64,000 bases of DNA from an uncultured Verrucomicrobiae bacterium (GTDB lineage Bacteria; Verrucomicrobiota; Verrucomicrobiia; Chthoniobacterales; Terrimicrobiaceae): NCBI GenBank assembly GCA_963706955.1, contig CAVPOC010000004.1, positions 96,001-160,000 on the forward strand. Direction: 5' to 3'. Positions 11,520 to 22,937 of this stretch are shown one piece after another; the stretch's first letter is position 1, and each line of letters opens with the position of its first letter. Position numbers and translations under genes: made by a program. Below the pieces are notes generated by a model. The model was not told the DNA's origin and made no database searches. It saw nothing but the letters and a program-made list of their open reading frames with translations.

Positions 11520-12998
11520 TTAGGTTGCAAGTTTAAGTTGCGCAAAGCGACGGTAAGCGTCTTGCCAGTTCGTCGAATCAACGGGCTGGAAGGTCCTCAG
11601 GGGGAAAGAATTGCTGACGATCTGCCGCAGGGCCGAAAGCGACTCCACTTGTCCGAGGGCGATGGCCTGAATAAGGATGTTTCCTGCGGCGGTGGCCTCC
11701 ACGGGCCCGGCAACCACCTCATGATTGGTGGCGTTGGCGGCAAACTGGTTTAGCAGGGCGCTCTGGCTGCCGCCGCCAACAATGTGCAATCGACTGATCG
11801 AGCGCCCGGTCAATCCTTCGATTTCCTCGAGCGCGGCACGATAGGAAAGGGCCAGACTTTCCAGGATACAGCGGGCGACTTGGCTGCGGGTCTCCGGCGG
11901 CGGCTGCCCGGTCTCTCGGCAATACGCCGCGATCAGCGCGGGCATGTCGCCGGATTTTGCGAAGCGGGCGGCATTCGGGTTGATCAACGAGCGGAAGGGC
12001 TCAGCATCGTTGGCTTCCGCGGTGAGACTCGCGTAGTCCAGTTCGATGCCTTGTTTCGCCCAGACGCGCCGTGATTCCTGGAGAAGCCAAAGCCCGACGA
12101 TGTTCTTGAGGAACCGCGTCGTTCCCCCGTAACCAGACTCGTTGGTGAAATTGTGGGCGCGGCTTTCTTCGTTGATGAGCGGCTCCGGCAGCTCCACGCC
12201 GATCAGCGACCAAGTTCCGGAAGAAAGGTACGCCCAGTCGTCGCCTTGTGCAGGAACCGCGGCGACAGCCTCACCGGTGTCATGCGAGCAAGTCGCGATC
12301 ACCTGCGGGCCGGTCAGTCCAGTCTCGGCGCAGACATCCGGCAACAAGGGTCCGACGACAGTGCCCGGTCGCACTACTTTCGGGAAGATCTTCTTTGGAA
12401 ACCCGCAAAGTTCGATCAGGCGCTCCGACCATGAGCGCGTGCGGGGATTGTAGAGCTGCGTCGTGCTCGCCAAGCTTTCATCAACGCAGGCCACCCCGGA
12501 AAAGAGGTAGTTAAAATAGTCGCCAATCGTTAGAAAACAATCCGCAGCCTCGAGGATGGCCCGGCTTTTCTCCACATCGGAGGCAAGGTGATAGATTGTA
12601 TTGATGGGCATAAATTGAATGCCCGTTTCTTCAAAGATTAACTTTGCGCCGACTTTTTCTCGCACGCGTTCATAGGTCGCCGCCGTGCGGTCATCACGGT
12701 AATGAAAGGGAGGCGAAATCGTGGGATGCACCGAATTGATCAGCACGTAATCGACACCCCACGAGTCGACACTCAGGCCGAGGATCGGAATATTGCGTTT
12801 CGCAACCTCGCGCAAACCCGTCTTCAGTTCTTCGTACACTCGCAACACATCCCAGCGCAGCGAGCCGAGAACACGCACGACGGCGCTGGGGAAACGATGA
12901 ATTTCCTCGAGACTTAGCTGGCCGTCCTGAAGCCGCCCTAACATTACGCGTCCGCTCTCTGCGCCGAGATCGCAGGCAATATAGTGGCTTGAATTCAC
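11520..12998 (-). CDS. rhaB: Rhamnulokinase
   Basis: [43 protein letters not shown]. Confidence 0.93.
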   Translation of the reverse strand: MNSSHYIACDLGAESGRVMLGRLQDGQLSLEEIHRFPSAVVRVLGSLRWDVLRVYEELKTGLREVAKRNIPILGLSVDSWGVDYVLINSVHPTISPPFHYRDDRTAATYERVREKVGAKLIFEETGIQFMPINTIYHLASDVEKSRAILEAADCFLTIGDYFNYLFSGVACVDESLASTTQLYNPRTRSWSERLIELCGFPKKIFPKVVRPGTVVGPLLPDVCAETGLTGPQVIATCSHDTGEAVAAVPAQGDDWAYLSSGTWSLIGVELPEPLINEESRAHNFTNESGYGGTTRFLKNIVGLWLLQESRRVWAKQGIELDYASLTAEANDAEPFRSLINPNAARFAKSGDMPALIAAYCRETGQPPPETRSQVARCILESLALSYRAALEEIEGLTGRSISRLHIVGGGSQSALLNQFAANATNHEVVAGPVEATAAGNILIQAIALGQVESLSALRQIVSNSFPLRTFQPVDSTNWQDAYRRFAQLKLAT

Positions 12999-13122
12999 TT
13001 CGCTGAGAACAGAGGAGAGAAGTCCCTGGAGGTGGTTATTTCATCACAGGAATGCAGAGACGAAAAGCGCATTGTCAACGCCGGGGCGTTTATCGCGGGT
13101 TGAGCTCTATCTGCTTTTCTGC

Positions 13123-13447
13123 TCATGGAGCGGCGTCGATATGAAAGACTTCCTTGAGTTCGCGAGAAATCGGACTGTTGTCCGCATTCGATGGCATGAT
13201 TTCCTTCATGTACGCACCACCAACTTTTGCAGATGGGCGTCTGGGCGATCGCCGACCAGCGTTCTTCGTCTTCGATCTCGGCATAGCCGAAAAGTTGACG
13301 GGTCTCCGGGTCGAGAAATATCGAGTAGTTCAACACTCCATGGCGCTTAAGGACGGCTTCCAGCTCAGGCCAAATCGGGGAGTGTCGCCGTTCATATTCT
13401 TCCTCCATTCCTCTGTTCACCGACATGACGAAAGCCTTGCGTTTCAT
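13123..13447 (-). CDS. rhaM: L-rhamnose mutarotase (frameshift near 13220)
   Basis: MKRKAFVM...[13 protein letters not shown]...NYSIFLD; the shifted frame ends [26 protein letters not shown]. Confidence 0.88.
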
Positions 13448-13452
13448 AACTG

Positions 13453-14714
13453 TCAGGACCGCTTGGAAAGAATCAGAGCTTTCGTAGGACTTGACATCCT
13501 GAAGCCAGTCGGCGCCGGTCGGGACGTTTTGGCGGCGACAATACTCATCCCAGATCGCACCGAAGGGAAGCGTCTTGATTTCTTCCAGGAGTGCGAGTCG
13601 CTGCGTGTAGTCTCCGTCACTTTCCAGTTTGCGCAATTTGGAGATCGGCTCGAGCAGCGCCAAGAGAAGGGCCTTGATCGCATTTCGAGTGCCCACCACC
13701 CATGCGGCGATACGGTTTATGCTGGCATCGAAAAAGTCCAACCCGATGGAGGTGCGGGCAAGAAAATCGCCGCGGACGAGTTCTTCCATGATCGCCTTCG
13801 TCGGGTCGTCGAGTGAGACAACGTGATCGCTATCCCATCTCACGCCGCGACTCACGTGCAGCAAGAGCGCGGGAACCCATCGCAAGACCGACGAAATCTT
13901 ATCCGCCAGCAGCTCGGTCGGATGAAAATGCCCGGCGTCAAGGCAATACAGTTTTCGATTTTTGATCGCGTAGCCGAGATAAAATTCGTGCGATCCGACG
14001 ACATAACTTTCGCTCCCGATGCCAAAAAGTTTGCTTTCGACAGCGTCCAGGTTGTGCTTCGGGATCAATTGGCTCGGCAAAGATTTCGTCCAACGCCGCC
14101 TCGAGCCGATCGCGCGGCGCATTCCGGTCGATCGGAGTATCTTTGTATCCATCCGGAATCCAGTAGTTGGTCACCGCGGGGGTGCCGATTTGCTTTCCCA
14201 TGTCGGCGGCGATCCGACGGCAAGCCTGGCCGTGTTCGATCCAGAAGGACCGAACCGCCGAGTCGGAGCTCGAAAGTGTGAACCCGTCATTGGCTAATGG
14301 GTGGGAAAAAAAGCTCGGGTTAAAGTCAAGCCCGAGGCTTCGTTCCTTGCACCAGTCGATCCAGCTTTGAAAATGATCGGTCGTGAGTTCGTTGCGCGGA
14401 ACCGGTTTTGCTGCGCTGAAGTCGGCATAGAGGGCGTGAAGGTTCAGCCGGTGTCTACCTGGAATCAGCGAAAGCGCTTTGTCGATGTCCTGCCGCAACT
14501 CCTGAATGGAGCGGGCCTTGCCAGGATAGTTGCCGGTGGCTTGGATGCCGCCTCCGCTGAGTGCTCCGCCTCCGGATTCAAAGCCGCCGACGTCATCGCC
14601 TTGCCAGCAGTGCAAAGAGATCGGAATCGCTTCCAGCCTCTTCAAGGCGGCTTCAGTGTCGACGCCCCAGGAGGCGTATACTTCGCTGGCCCAAGTGTAT
14701 TGTTCTGTGCTCAT
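13453..14714 (-). CDS. rhaA: L-rhamnose isomerase (frameshifts near 14065 and 13475)
   Basis: [70 protein letters not shown]. Confidence 0.93.
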
Positions 14715-14794
14715 CTCTTCTGGATGGGTCCGGTGTATTCCAGCCGCCTACGAGCGGCGCGACCCGCGCCGCTCCCAGACTTTGCTGGACTCAC

Positions 14795-15777
14795 TCAGAA
14801 GTTGAATTGATCGATATTGTCCTTCACGAAAATGAAGGGCTTTCCGAGGAGGACGTTGTCGCCCTTGACTTCAAGGGACTCCGAGGCGTCCGGCTTCCAG
14901 GGTGGCTGGCACCCGGTTTGAGCGTGCCGTCGGCGAGGGCCTTAGCTGCGTAGACCGTCAAATAGCCGAGATCTTCGGTATTCCAGAGGACAACACCGGT
15001 GGTGATGCCATCGTGCACGTAGCGCTTGTTTTCGTTCGGAAGCCCAAGGCCGACGACTTTCACATCCTTGCGCCCGCTCTGCTTGACGGCTTCTGCGGCG
15101 CCGGGAACGGCCGGTGAGCAAACCGCCATGAGCACTTTAACGTTGGGGTTGGAGTTGAGAATGGCGGTCGCTTCGCTGAATGCCTTGTCCTTCAAATCGT
15201 CGCAGGGACGCAGGGCCGCCAGCTTGATATCAGGATACTTTTCTTCCATGCGTTGCTTGATGTTTTTGATCCACTCATTCTGGTTCGCAGCGGTCAGCGA
15301 GGATGTGATGATGGCGAACTCGCCTTTGTCGCCGAGCGCCTTCGCAGCCTCGTCCATCAAGGTGTAGCCAATACCTTCGGGAGTGGCCTGGTTGATCAGG
15401 AAGTCGCGGGCATCGGGTTCGGCGTCCGCATCCCAAGTAATAATCTTAATGCCTTTGTCCTTGGCTTTACGAAGAGCGGTCGAGAGACCCTCGCGATTCT
15501 CGACCGAAACCGCAATCACGTCGACCCCACGCGTGATCCATGTTTCGACGATCTCGTTTTGTTTGGCGGGGTCTGGTTCCGTAGGACCATCCCAGAGCAA
15601 TTTCACGCCGAGCTCTTTGGCGGCCTGCTCGGCGCCTTTGCGGCAGGAAATGAAGTAGGCATTGCCTTTGCTCTTTGGCATCATGGCAATCGTTAGGGGT
15701 TTGTCGGCCGCGTTGCCTGTTGCGGCGGCGCCCAACACAAGAGATACTGATAAGAGTGCTGTTAGGAGTTTTTTCAT
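14795..15777 (-). CDS. Rhamnose ABC transporter substrate-binding protein (C-terminal frameshift)
   Basis: Signal peptide, MPKSKGNAYF, GLGLPNE, LWNTEDLGYL; the shifted tail ends KPFIFVKDNIDQFNF; lies inside the rha operon. Confidence 0.85.
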
Positions 15778-15846
15778 GGAATTGGATGAGGTGTGTTATT
15801 ATCGAGCTGTCGATGTATGGATTATGGATGACTTAGAGTTGTGGCT

Positions 15847-16875
15847 TTAGGTCTGAGGTTTCGGTTGGGAGGTTGGTGCGACGGACTTTGCTCCCGCCGG
15901 TTTGCGCAGGCGCGGAAGGGCTTTTGTGAGCGCCTCGCCAGCGAGAACGCTTAGCAAGAGGACACCGGTGAGAATCCCTGCGAGCTCGCTGGGCATGTCG
16001 GACAATGTAAGGCCGTTTCTCAGGACGGCCAGGACGGCCAGCCCTAAAAGGGTGCCATGGACGGTGCCGATGCCTCCAAAGATCGAGGTTCCGCCAAGCA
16101 CGACCGCGGTGATGGCGAGAAGTTCATAGCCCGTCCCGGCGTCCGCCTTGGCCTGCCCCACCCGCGCCACATAGATCAAGGCGGCCAGTGCCGAGAAGAC
16201 GCCCGACAGGATGTAAACGAGCGCAACACGCCGATCGACCGGAATGCCCGCGTAGCGCGTTCCGTCGGGCGAGAAACCGATCGCACGAAACGAGCGTCCA
16301 AAGGTGGTCCGATGGATCAGCAGCCAGATGCCGATGGCCGCCAAGACTAGAATCGGCAACTGAGCGGGAATTACGCCGAAGAGGTATCCCTGGCCGAGAA
16401 AAAGGAATGACGCCGGGAAACCTGTAAAGTTGTCGACTCCACGAGTGATCGCCTCGGCGAGCCCGCGAAAGAGAGAGAAGGATCCCAGAGTTACGATCAG
16501 TGGTGGCAGTTTCAGACGTGTAATAAGAGCTGCATTCAATCCACCGGCGGCTGCTCCGATCAGCAGGGTGCAGAGAGCAGCGAGCCACGGTGGCAGCCCG
16601 GCGTCGCGCCAGAGCTTTCCAAATGAAATTGCGCAGAGTCCGAGAAGCGATCCAACGGACAGATCAATGCCGCCAGTCAGGATGATCGGCGTCATCACGA
16701 GGGCGAGCAAACCCAGTTCCACGCTCAAACGGACAATCTCAAGCGCGTTTCCGGTCGTCGTAAAGTTTTCGGCCGTCTGCGAAAAGATGAAGATCTCTGC
16801 GAGGAGCACTGCGATGAGCAGTGTCTCGAAGCGGAGCAGGAATGCCTTCCAGTCTGGAGTTGAATGATTCGTCAT
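15847..16875 (-). CDS. Sugar ABC transporter permease (RhaQ-like)
   Basis: GGIDLSVGS, IVTLG, ELLAITAVVLGGTSIFGG. Confidence 0.9.
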   Translation of the reverse strand: MTNHSTPDWKAFLLRFETLLIAVLLAEIFIFSQTAENFTTTGNALEIVRLSVELGLLALVMTPIILTGGIDLSVGSLLGLCAISFGKLWRDAGLPPWLAALCTLLIGAAAGGLNAALITRLKLPPLIVTLGSFSLFRGLAEAITRGVDNFTGFPASFLFLGQGYLFGVIPAQLPILVLAAIGIWLLIHRTTFGRSFRAIGFSPDGTRYAGIPVDRRVALVYILSGVFSALAALIYVARVGQAKADAGTGYELLAITAVVLGGTSIFGGIGTVHGTLLGLAVLAVLRNGLTLSDMPSELAGILTGVLLLSVLAGEALTKALPRLRKPAGAKSVAPTSQPKPQT

Positions 16876-16891
16876 CGAATGATCCGTGCGA

Positions 16892-17824
16892 TTAGAGTTT
16901 CTTGCGCACCGAGCGCCAGCCGTCCGCGGCGACGGCGAGGAGGATGATCAAGCCTTGCAATGCCTTTTCCCATTGGGGCTGCAGATGTAGGAAAACCAGG
17001 GCGGGGGCAATGGAGGAAAGAAGAAGAACGCCGGCTGCGACGCCCCAGAGATATCCCCGCCCGCCGGAGATGGCCACTCCCCCAACGACGGCGGCGGCAA
17101 TGGCCTTGAGTTCGAGGCCCTGGCCTGCTTTGGGATCCACGTCTGGAAAGCGCACCGCGTTTAGCAGCGCCGCGAGTCCGGTGAGTGCACCCATGAGAAC
17201 GAAAACCGCAAAGGTCACCTTCTGGGGATGGATGCCCGCGAGCCTGGCAGCCTCTTTGTCCGAGCCGACGGCGTAGACGAAGCGCCCGGCTGAAATATGC
17301 TTGAGCGCAAATGCAAGGAAGAGGAACAGAAGAACAGCGATAGCGATGATCGTGAATTGTCCCGCCTGCTGGCTAAGGCCGAACCACTGGAAAGTGTCGG
17401 GAAGATTGCTGACGAACTCGCCTTCTCGCCACCACCGCAGAGCCTCTCGCCACGTCACCATGGTTGCTAGAGTCACGACGATGGAAGGGATACCGAGGAA
17501 CGCGACCAAGGCTCCATTGAAGGCACCCATGGTTGCCCCACAGAGGATGGCGACAATCCCAACGAGCGGCATCGGCCAACCGTTGCTTGCAGCCAGGCCT
17601 GCGAAGACGCTGCAAAGAGCGAACTGCGAGCCGATGGAAATGTCGATCTGCCGGCAAATAATCACGAGGGTCATGCCGCAAGCGGCAATCAAGACCGGCA
17701 CCGCATCGCAGAGCATCGAAAGAAGCTGCGCGGGTTTGAAGAATTCCGGCGCGCGAAAGGCGAGCAAGAGCAGGATGGCCAGAAACGCAACGAAGACCGA
17801 CCATTCGCGAAAATAACGTTTCAT
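16892..17824 (-). CDS. Sugar ABC transporter permease (RhaP-like)
   Basis: QIDISIGS, IPSIVVTL, ELKAIAAAVVGGVAISGG. Confidence 0.9.
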   Translation of the reverse strand: MKRYFREWSVFVAFLAILLLLAFRAPEFFKPAQLLSMLCDAVPVLIAACGMTLVIICRQIDISIGSQFALCSVFAGLAASNGWPMPLVGIVAILCGATMGAFNGALVAFLGIPSIVVTLATMVTWREALRWWREGEFVSNLPDTFQWFGLSQQAGQFTIIAIAVLLFLFLAFALKHISAGRFVYAVGSDKEAARLAGIHPQKVTFAVFVLMGALTGLAALLNAVRFPDVDPKAGQGLELKAIAAAVVGGVAISGGRGYLWGVAAGVLLLSSIAPALVFLHLQPQWEKALQGLIILLAVAADGWRSVRKKL

Positions 17825-17843
17825 TTGTCTTGTGCTTTGGGTG

Positions 17844-19389
17844 TCAGATTGTCTTTGAATCCGCAGAGGAACTGCTCTTTCCATTTCCTCCCGTTTGGCC
17901 GAGTGCGGCTACCATCACATCATGGGCATTTGCTTCCGCTGCCGTGAACTCGCGGACAATGGTCCCGCCATGCATGACGGCGATACGGTCGCTCATACCT
18001 AAGACCTCAGTTAAGTCCGACGAGATCATCATTACGGCCAGGCCTTCCTTTGTCAGGCGCCGGATGATCTTGTGAATTTCCGATTTTGCTCCGACGTCGA
18101 CACCCTGGGTAGGCTCGTCCAGGATGAGGACCTTGGGCTTAGTGGCGAGCCAACGAGCCAGCGAAACTTTTTGCTGGTTGCCGCCGGAGAGGGCGCCTCC
18201 AGGGGCGTCCGTTGATGGGAGTCTTCACACCGAGATCCCGAACATAGTTGCGCGCAAGGTCGCGTTCTGCTCCGAAGCGCAACCAGCTTCCTGGAAAGAA
18301 TGTCGGGTGAATGCTCATGGTCATGTTCGCGGCGACCGGCATCTCCAAAATCACTCCATGGCGTCGTCGGTCCTCTGGCACGTAACCAATGCCATGTTCA
18401 ACTGCCTCTCGGGGCGAACGAATCGAAACCTTCTCTCCGGCCAGCGAAATTGTTCCGGTGTCGGCGGGAGTTATTCCGAATAGAACGCGGGCCAACTCCG
18501 TTCGACCAGCCCCAACTATTCCGGCGAATCCAACGACCTCACCGGAACGGAGATCAAGGTCAACATCGTGAACGCCGGATTCTTGACAACCGACTCCGCG
18601 CAGAGATAGCGCGACGTCGGCAGGTGAGGTCTCAGAAGGAGGATAGAGCGCAGAGACCTCTCTACCGACCATGAGCTTGATGAGGGTGGACTCGTTCATG
18701 CCCATGGTGTCTTGGGTGGCGATGCTTTCGCCATCTCGCAGGACGGTTACTCGGTCGGCGAGGGCAAAAATCTCCTCCATTCGGTGCGAGATGTAGATTA
18801 CACCTACGCCCTGCTCGCGGAGATCGCGCACCACGGAGTAGAGAAGGTGCACTTCCTTCTGGGTGAGAGAAGCCGTCGGCTCGTCCATAATGAGGATGCG
18901 CGCTCCGGCTCCGAGCGAGCGAGCGATTTCCACGAGTTGCTGCTCTGGCATCGAAAGATTGCGGACTTCTGTGTCGGGCTCAATCGCTGCCCCAATTCGC
19001 TTGAGAAATTGCCGGGCTTGATTGCGCCGATCGCTCCAGGCAATGCGACTTGCAGCGGAAGGAGTCTCCAGCCCGAGGGCAATGTTTTCCGCCACGCTCA
19101 AGTCGGGAAAAAGGGCCGGCTGCTGGTAGATCGCCGCGATGCCCATTGCTCTTGCTGTGGCAGGATCGATTCGGGTCACCGGTTTTCCTTCGATCTCAAT
19201 AGTGCCGGAATCGGGTTGATGCGCCCCGGTGATGACTTTGATGAGCGTTGATTTGCCGGCGCCGTTCTCCCCGAGCAGGGCATGCACCTCGCCTCGGTGC
19301 AGGTCAAAAGAAACCCCCCTCAATGCCCGGACGGCTTGAAACGATTTCGTAATCTCACGCAGTTGGAGGAGTGGAGGGGCAGTTTGCAT
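17844..19389 (-). CDS. Sugar ABC transporter ATP-binding protein with two ABC domains (RhaT-like); frameshift near 18200
   Basis: [49 protein letters not shown]. Confidence 0.9.
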
Positions 19390-19454
19390 CGATGGAAATA
19401 GCGTGTTACTTAGACCTTCGTTCTACGGTTTAGCGGTGGGAACCATTAAGACAC

Positions 19455-19468
19455 CGTTAGCGTTTCCA
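19455..19468 (-). promoter_or_regulatory. Candidate LacI-family operator upstream of the rha operon
   Basis: Minus strand TGGAAACGCTAACG fits the LacI-type TGnAAnCGnTnnCA pattern, about 65 bp upstream of the first gene. Confidence 0.45.
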
Positions 19469-20077
19469 CAAATGAGAAAAGTGTCGTTTGCGATGCACAA
19501 ATTGACGGCACGTCGAAAGTCTTGGGAGCGCCCGACGAAAGCCCTGCCTCTGGAAAATAATGTCGGCCAGACCCGACTAATGCTTCGGTGATCTGGCAAC
19601 CAACACGCTTCGGGCTGCCAAGAGTGCCGATATGTAGCGGGATGGAAATCAGGGATGTCATAGGAAACTGTCAATGAGCATTCAACGTGCTTACGGCCGC
19701 GGCACTCGTAGATCTGCAGACGGCCGATTCGCCGAGTTTTTAGACATTCGTTCTGGTGGACTTTACAGCAGGTCGTTGGAGGTTCTGTGGGTTGGTGTTC
19801 GGTGGGATGAAGAATGTATAAATCGAGGCGGCGGCGTCGGCAAATGAGAAAACTGCCGTTTGGCATATACAAATTGACGATAGTGGAACGCTCCGAATTC
19901 TCAAACAACATCCCATGGTTCCGAGGCAATACTCTTAGATTAATTCTAAGCTTCGTGGCTTAGAGGATGCCACCGCCGGCAAGCCCTCGACCGTGAGGAC
20001 ACGATTGCTACAACAAGTGTGGCCGGCGCTGAAAAGATTTCAATGGACCACTGTGCGATTGGGCCGCTCCCGCGCTC

Positions 20078-21559
20078 TCAAAACCAGCTCTTCAGTCGCG
20101 GGTAAGCATCCGAAAAGTGCTGGTAAAGGACCTCGTATTTTTCCGCGCCTTGGGGATCCGGGGCCGTCACGGCGTCAAACTTTGGAGCGAATTGTCGCGC
20201 TTCGGCATATCCCTTGATCGCTCCGACGCCTATGGCGGCGACCAAGCCAGCGCCGACCCCGGCGCGTTCCGCGCCATGCTTGTCGCGGCCTTGGAGGAGC
20301 GGACGATTGAGGACATCGGCGACAATTTGGCGCCAGAGCGGACTTGCGAGTCCATTTCCCGAGGCGACCAGTCTTTCCAGCGGAGCACCGCATGCGACCA
20401 TCACGTCCACGATCTGGCGCAGGGCAAAAGCCACGCCCTCGAGGAGCGCTCGGACCATATGGCCCGGTCCGTGGCGCAGCGTCAGACCGATGAAAGCCCC
20501 TTTCGCTCGTGGGTCCATGAGCGGGGATCTCTCACCGACGAGATAGGGCAGGAAGACGAGACCTTCCGCACCGGCCTCGACTTCGGTCGCCATCTCGTCT
20601 AACTCGGGATAGGACCATTTGTTGCCGCCGAGGGTTTGACGCAACCAGCGCAAGGCCATTCCTGCAGAGAGCATCGCCCCTAGCAGATACCAGCGGTCCT
20701 CTGGGGCGTGACAAAAGGTGTGCAATCGGAGTTGCGGATCAAAAAGCGGCGTGGCAAGAGGTGCGAAGACCTGACCGCCAGTTCCGACGGTTACCGAGCC
20801 TTGTGGTGGATCGATCAATCCATTGCCTACTGCCTGCGCCGGTTGGTCAGCGCATCCGGCAGACACGGGAATCCCCGCCGGCAATCCAAGTTCGTCCGCG
20901 GCAGCCCGGCAGAGGTTGCCCACGATTTTCGCTGAAGGGTGTGTTTGCGGGAAAATCGACCTGGGCAAGGCGAGTCGGTCGATTACCTCGTCGGCCCAGG
21001 AACGTGCGGCCACATTGAAGAGTCCCGTGGCGGCGGCGTCGCTTTGGTCGGTGCAGAGCTCATCCGTGAGGCGAAACCGCACATAGTCCTTCGGCATCAG
21101 CAACGTTGCGGTGTCGTCGAGCGACTTGGGATCGTTCTTCTGCATCCATGCCAACGTTGAAATCATAAAGCCGGCCGCCGGCGCGGTGCCACAAGTGGAG
21201 GCGAGCAACTCGGTTCCGATTCTTTCTTGGATCTCGGGCAACAGCGCCGCGCTGCGCTGATCAGCCCAGATGATCGCCGCGCCCCGCGGTTGGCGGTTAG
21301 CGCCCATGGGGACAAAACCGTGCATTTGCCCCGAGAACCCGATCGCCAGGATTTCGGGCGCCGATGCCTGATGCAACGCCTGGCGAACTGCTGTGACCGT
21401 CGCATTCCACCAATCCGACGCATTCTGCTCGGCGTAGCCGGGCTGAGGCGTGAGAATGGGATACTCAGCAGTTCCGAGACCTTCGATGGCGCCTTCCAGC
21501 GAGGAGACCACCACCTTCACACTGGAGGTGCCCAGATCGATGCCAAGCAATGCTCTCAT
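20078..21559 (-). CDS. FGGY-family sugar kinase (xylulokinase-like)
   Basis: LGIDLGTSSVK, GFSGQMHG, IIWADQR, PKDYVRFRLT, PYLVGERSP. Confidence 0.88.
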   Translation of the reverse strand: MRALLGIDLGTSSVKVVVSSLEGAIEGLGTAEYPILTPQPGYAEQNASDWWNATVTAVRQALHQASAPEILAIGFSGQMHGFVPMGANRQPRGAAIIWADQRSAALLPEIQERIGTELLASTCGTAPAAGFMISTLAWMQKNDPKSLDDTATLLMPKDYVRFRLTDELCTDQSDAAATGLFNVAARSWADEVIDRLALPRSIFPQTHPSAKIVGNLCRAAADELGLPAGIPVSAGCADQPAQAVGNGLIDPPQGSVTVGTGGQVFAPLATPLFDPQLRLHTFCHAPEDRWYLLGAMLSAGMALRWLRQTLGGNKWSYPELDEMATEVEAGAEGLVFLPYLVGERSPLMDPRAKGAFIGLTLRHGPGHMVRALLEGVAFALRQIVDVMVACGAPLERLVASGNGLASPLWRQIVADVLNRPLLQGRDKHGAERAGVGAGLVAAIGVGAIKGYAEARQFAPKFDAVTAPDPQGAEKYEVLYQHFSDAYPRLKSWF

Positions 21560-21884
21560 GCGAGTTCGTTGTTCCGGGCGTGGTTTCCGAGCATTTGAAA
21601 CTCCATACCAGCACTATGGCTGGGTAAGAAATGGTGTAGCCAAAGGACGCGTTGTAAAGGCGCTCGCGTCAAGCGCCCAGCCAACTCACAGGCAATTCCC
21701 CAAGTTTTCAGATTCATCGTAGCGGAGACGTCATTATTAAAGATGGCTTAGTGAAATGGGCGCACAGGTGAGGTGGTAGCAAGTTCGCTGCTCTAAGGGC
21801 GGCGCATTTCGCATCGATTGGCTGCTTCAGGGTGGGCGACATACGTTTCGAGGGGGAATCATTCTGCGGCGCCGCCGCGCCTGT

Positions 21885-22937
21885 TTATGCGCGTTTTAAC
21901 CATAGGTGCGCCATCCAGCGGTCGCGCACGAGCGCGAGTGCAATCGCGAGAATCATTGTGGCTCCCCAGATAGCCTGGGTCAGGTGCGGGCTGAGTCCGA
22001 GTAGGTTAAAACCGGTGGAAATTACCTGCAGGAGAACGAGCGAGAGCACCAGGCCGAGAACCTTTCCGAAGCCACCATTCGGATCAACACCTCCCAACAC
22101 CGCGGCGAGAATGGTTATGAGCAGATAAGACTCCGCGTATCCTGCGCGCGCCGAGTTGAAGCGCGCCATCATTACGGTTGCCGCCACCCAGCAGAGGACG
22201 CTCGAGACGACATAAACTCCCACCAGCATCCACTCGGTCGGAACCCCTGAGTAACGGGTGGCGCGTTCGTTCGAACCGATCATGCGCACCGACACGCCAA
22301 AGGGGGCGTGGTTCATGATCACCCCGACGATGATTGCGCAGATGACAAAGATAATCATCGCCATTGGAACTCCGAAGAGCGTGCCATTACCTAGAAAGAG
22401 GATCGCCGGTGGGAAGCCGCCGATAACGCCACCGCTAGTCGCGAGCACGGCCACGCCCTTCACCGCCGTCATCGTGCCGAGGGTGACGAGAATTGGATGG
22501 ACGCCGAGAAAGGCGACGATCAATCCGGTGATCAACCCCACGATCAAAGAAGTGATCAGTCCCGAGGCGAGCGCCAGAGCGATCACGCCCGCTGTGATAT
22601 GTGCCGGACTCTCAGGACCAAGCATCTTGGTCATGATTGCGGCCATGACCAGGGCAGATAGATTCGCGGTCGCAATGATGGCAAGGTTCAGCCCGCCGCT
22701 CATCAGCGGGATCATCATGGCGAGCGCGAGGATTCCCAGCTCCGGCATTTGAAAGGCGATCGCGCGAAGAGAATCGCCGGAAAGGAAACGGGCGGGCGCC
22801 AGGGAGCTAAAGACAATCGCTGCAATCAGGAGCAGCCCTGTCAGCATGGTCACGGTAGGGTCTCGCCCGAGAAAATCGGCCAGCGAGGGACGGGGCGCTG
22901 CGGAAGCTGGTGGGGTTGTCGCGGTGTTAGACGACAT
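21885..22937 (-). CDS. Sugar/polyol ABC transporter permease
   Basis: GGLNLAII, PILVTLGT, ILAAVLGGVDPNGGFG. Confidence 0.88.
   Translation of the reverse strand: MSSNTATTPPASAAPRPSLADFLGRDPTVTMLTGLLLIAAIVFSSLAPARFLSGDSLRAIAFQMPELGILALAMMIPLMSGGLNLAIIATANLSALVMAAIMTKMLGPESPAHITAGVIALALASGLITSLIVGLITGLIVAFLGVHPILVTLGTMTAVKGVAVLATSGGVIGGFPPAILFLGNGTLFGVPMAMIIFVICAIIVGVIMNHAPFGVSVRMIGSNERATRYSGVPTEWMLVGVYVVSSVLCWVAATVMMARFNSARAGYAESYLLITILAAVLGGVDPNGGFGKVLGLVLSLVLLQVISTGFNLLGLSPHLTQAIWGATMILAIALALVRDRWMAHLWLKRA

Noticed and set aside
12995..14152. Apparent RhaA-RhaM fusion ORF (385 aa)
   Set aside because: An alternative frame gives a normal RhaA end (LSKRS-stop at 13453) and rhaM has its own ATG at 13447; the fusion is best explained by indels
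19423..19929. 168-aa minus-strand ORF ahead of the rha operon
   Set aside because: No recognisable motif, atypical composition, and it runs across the predicted operator region
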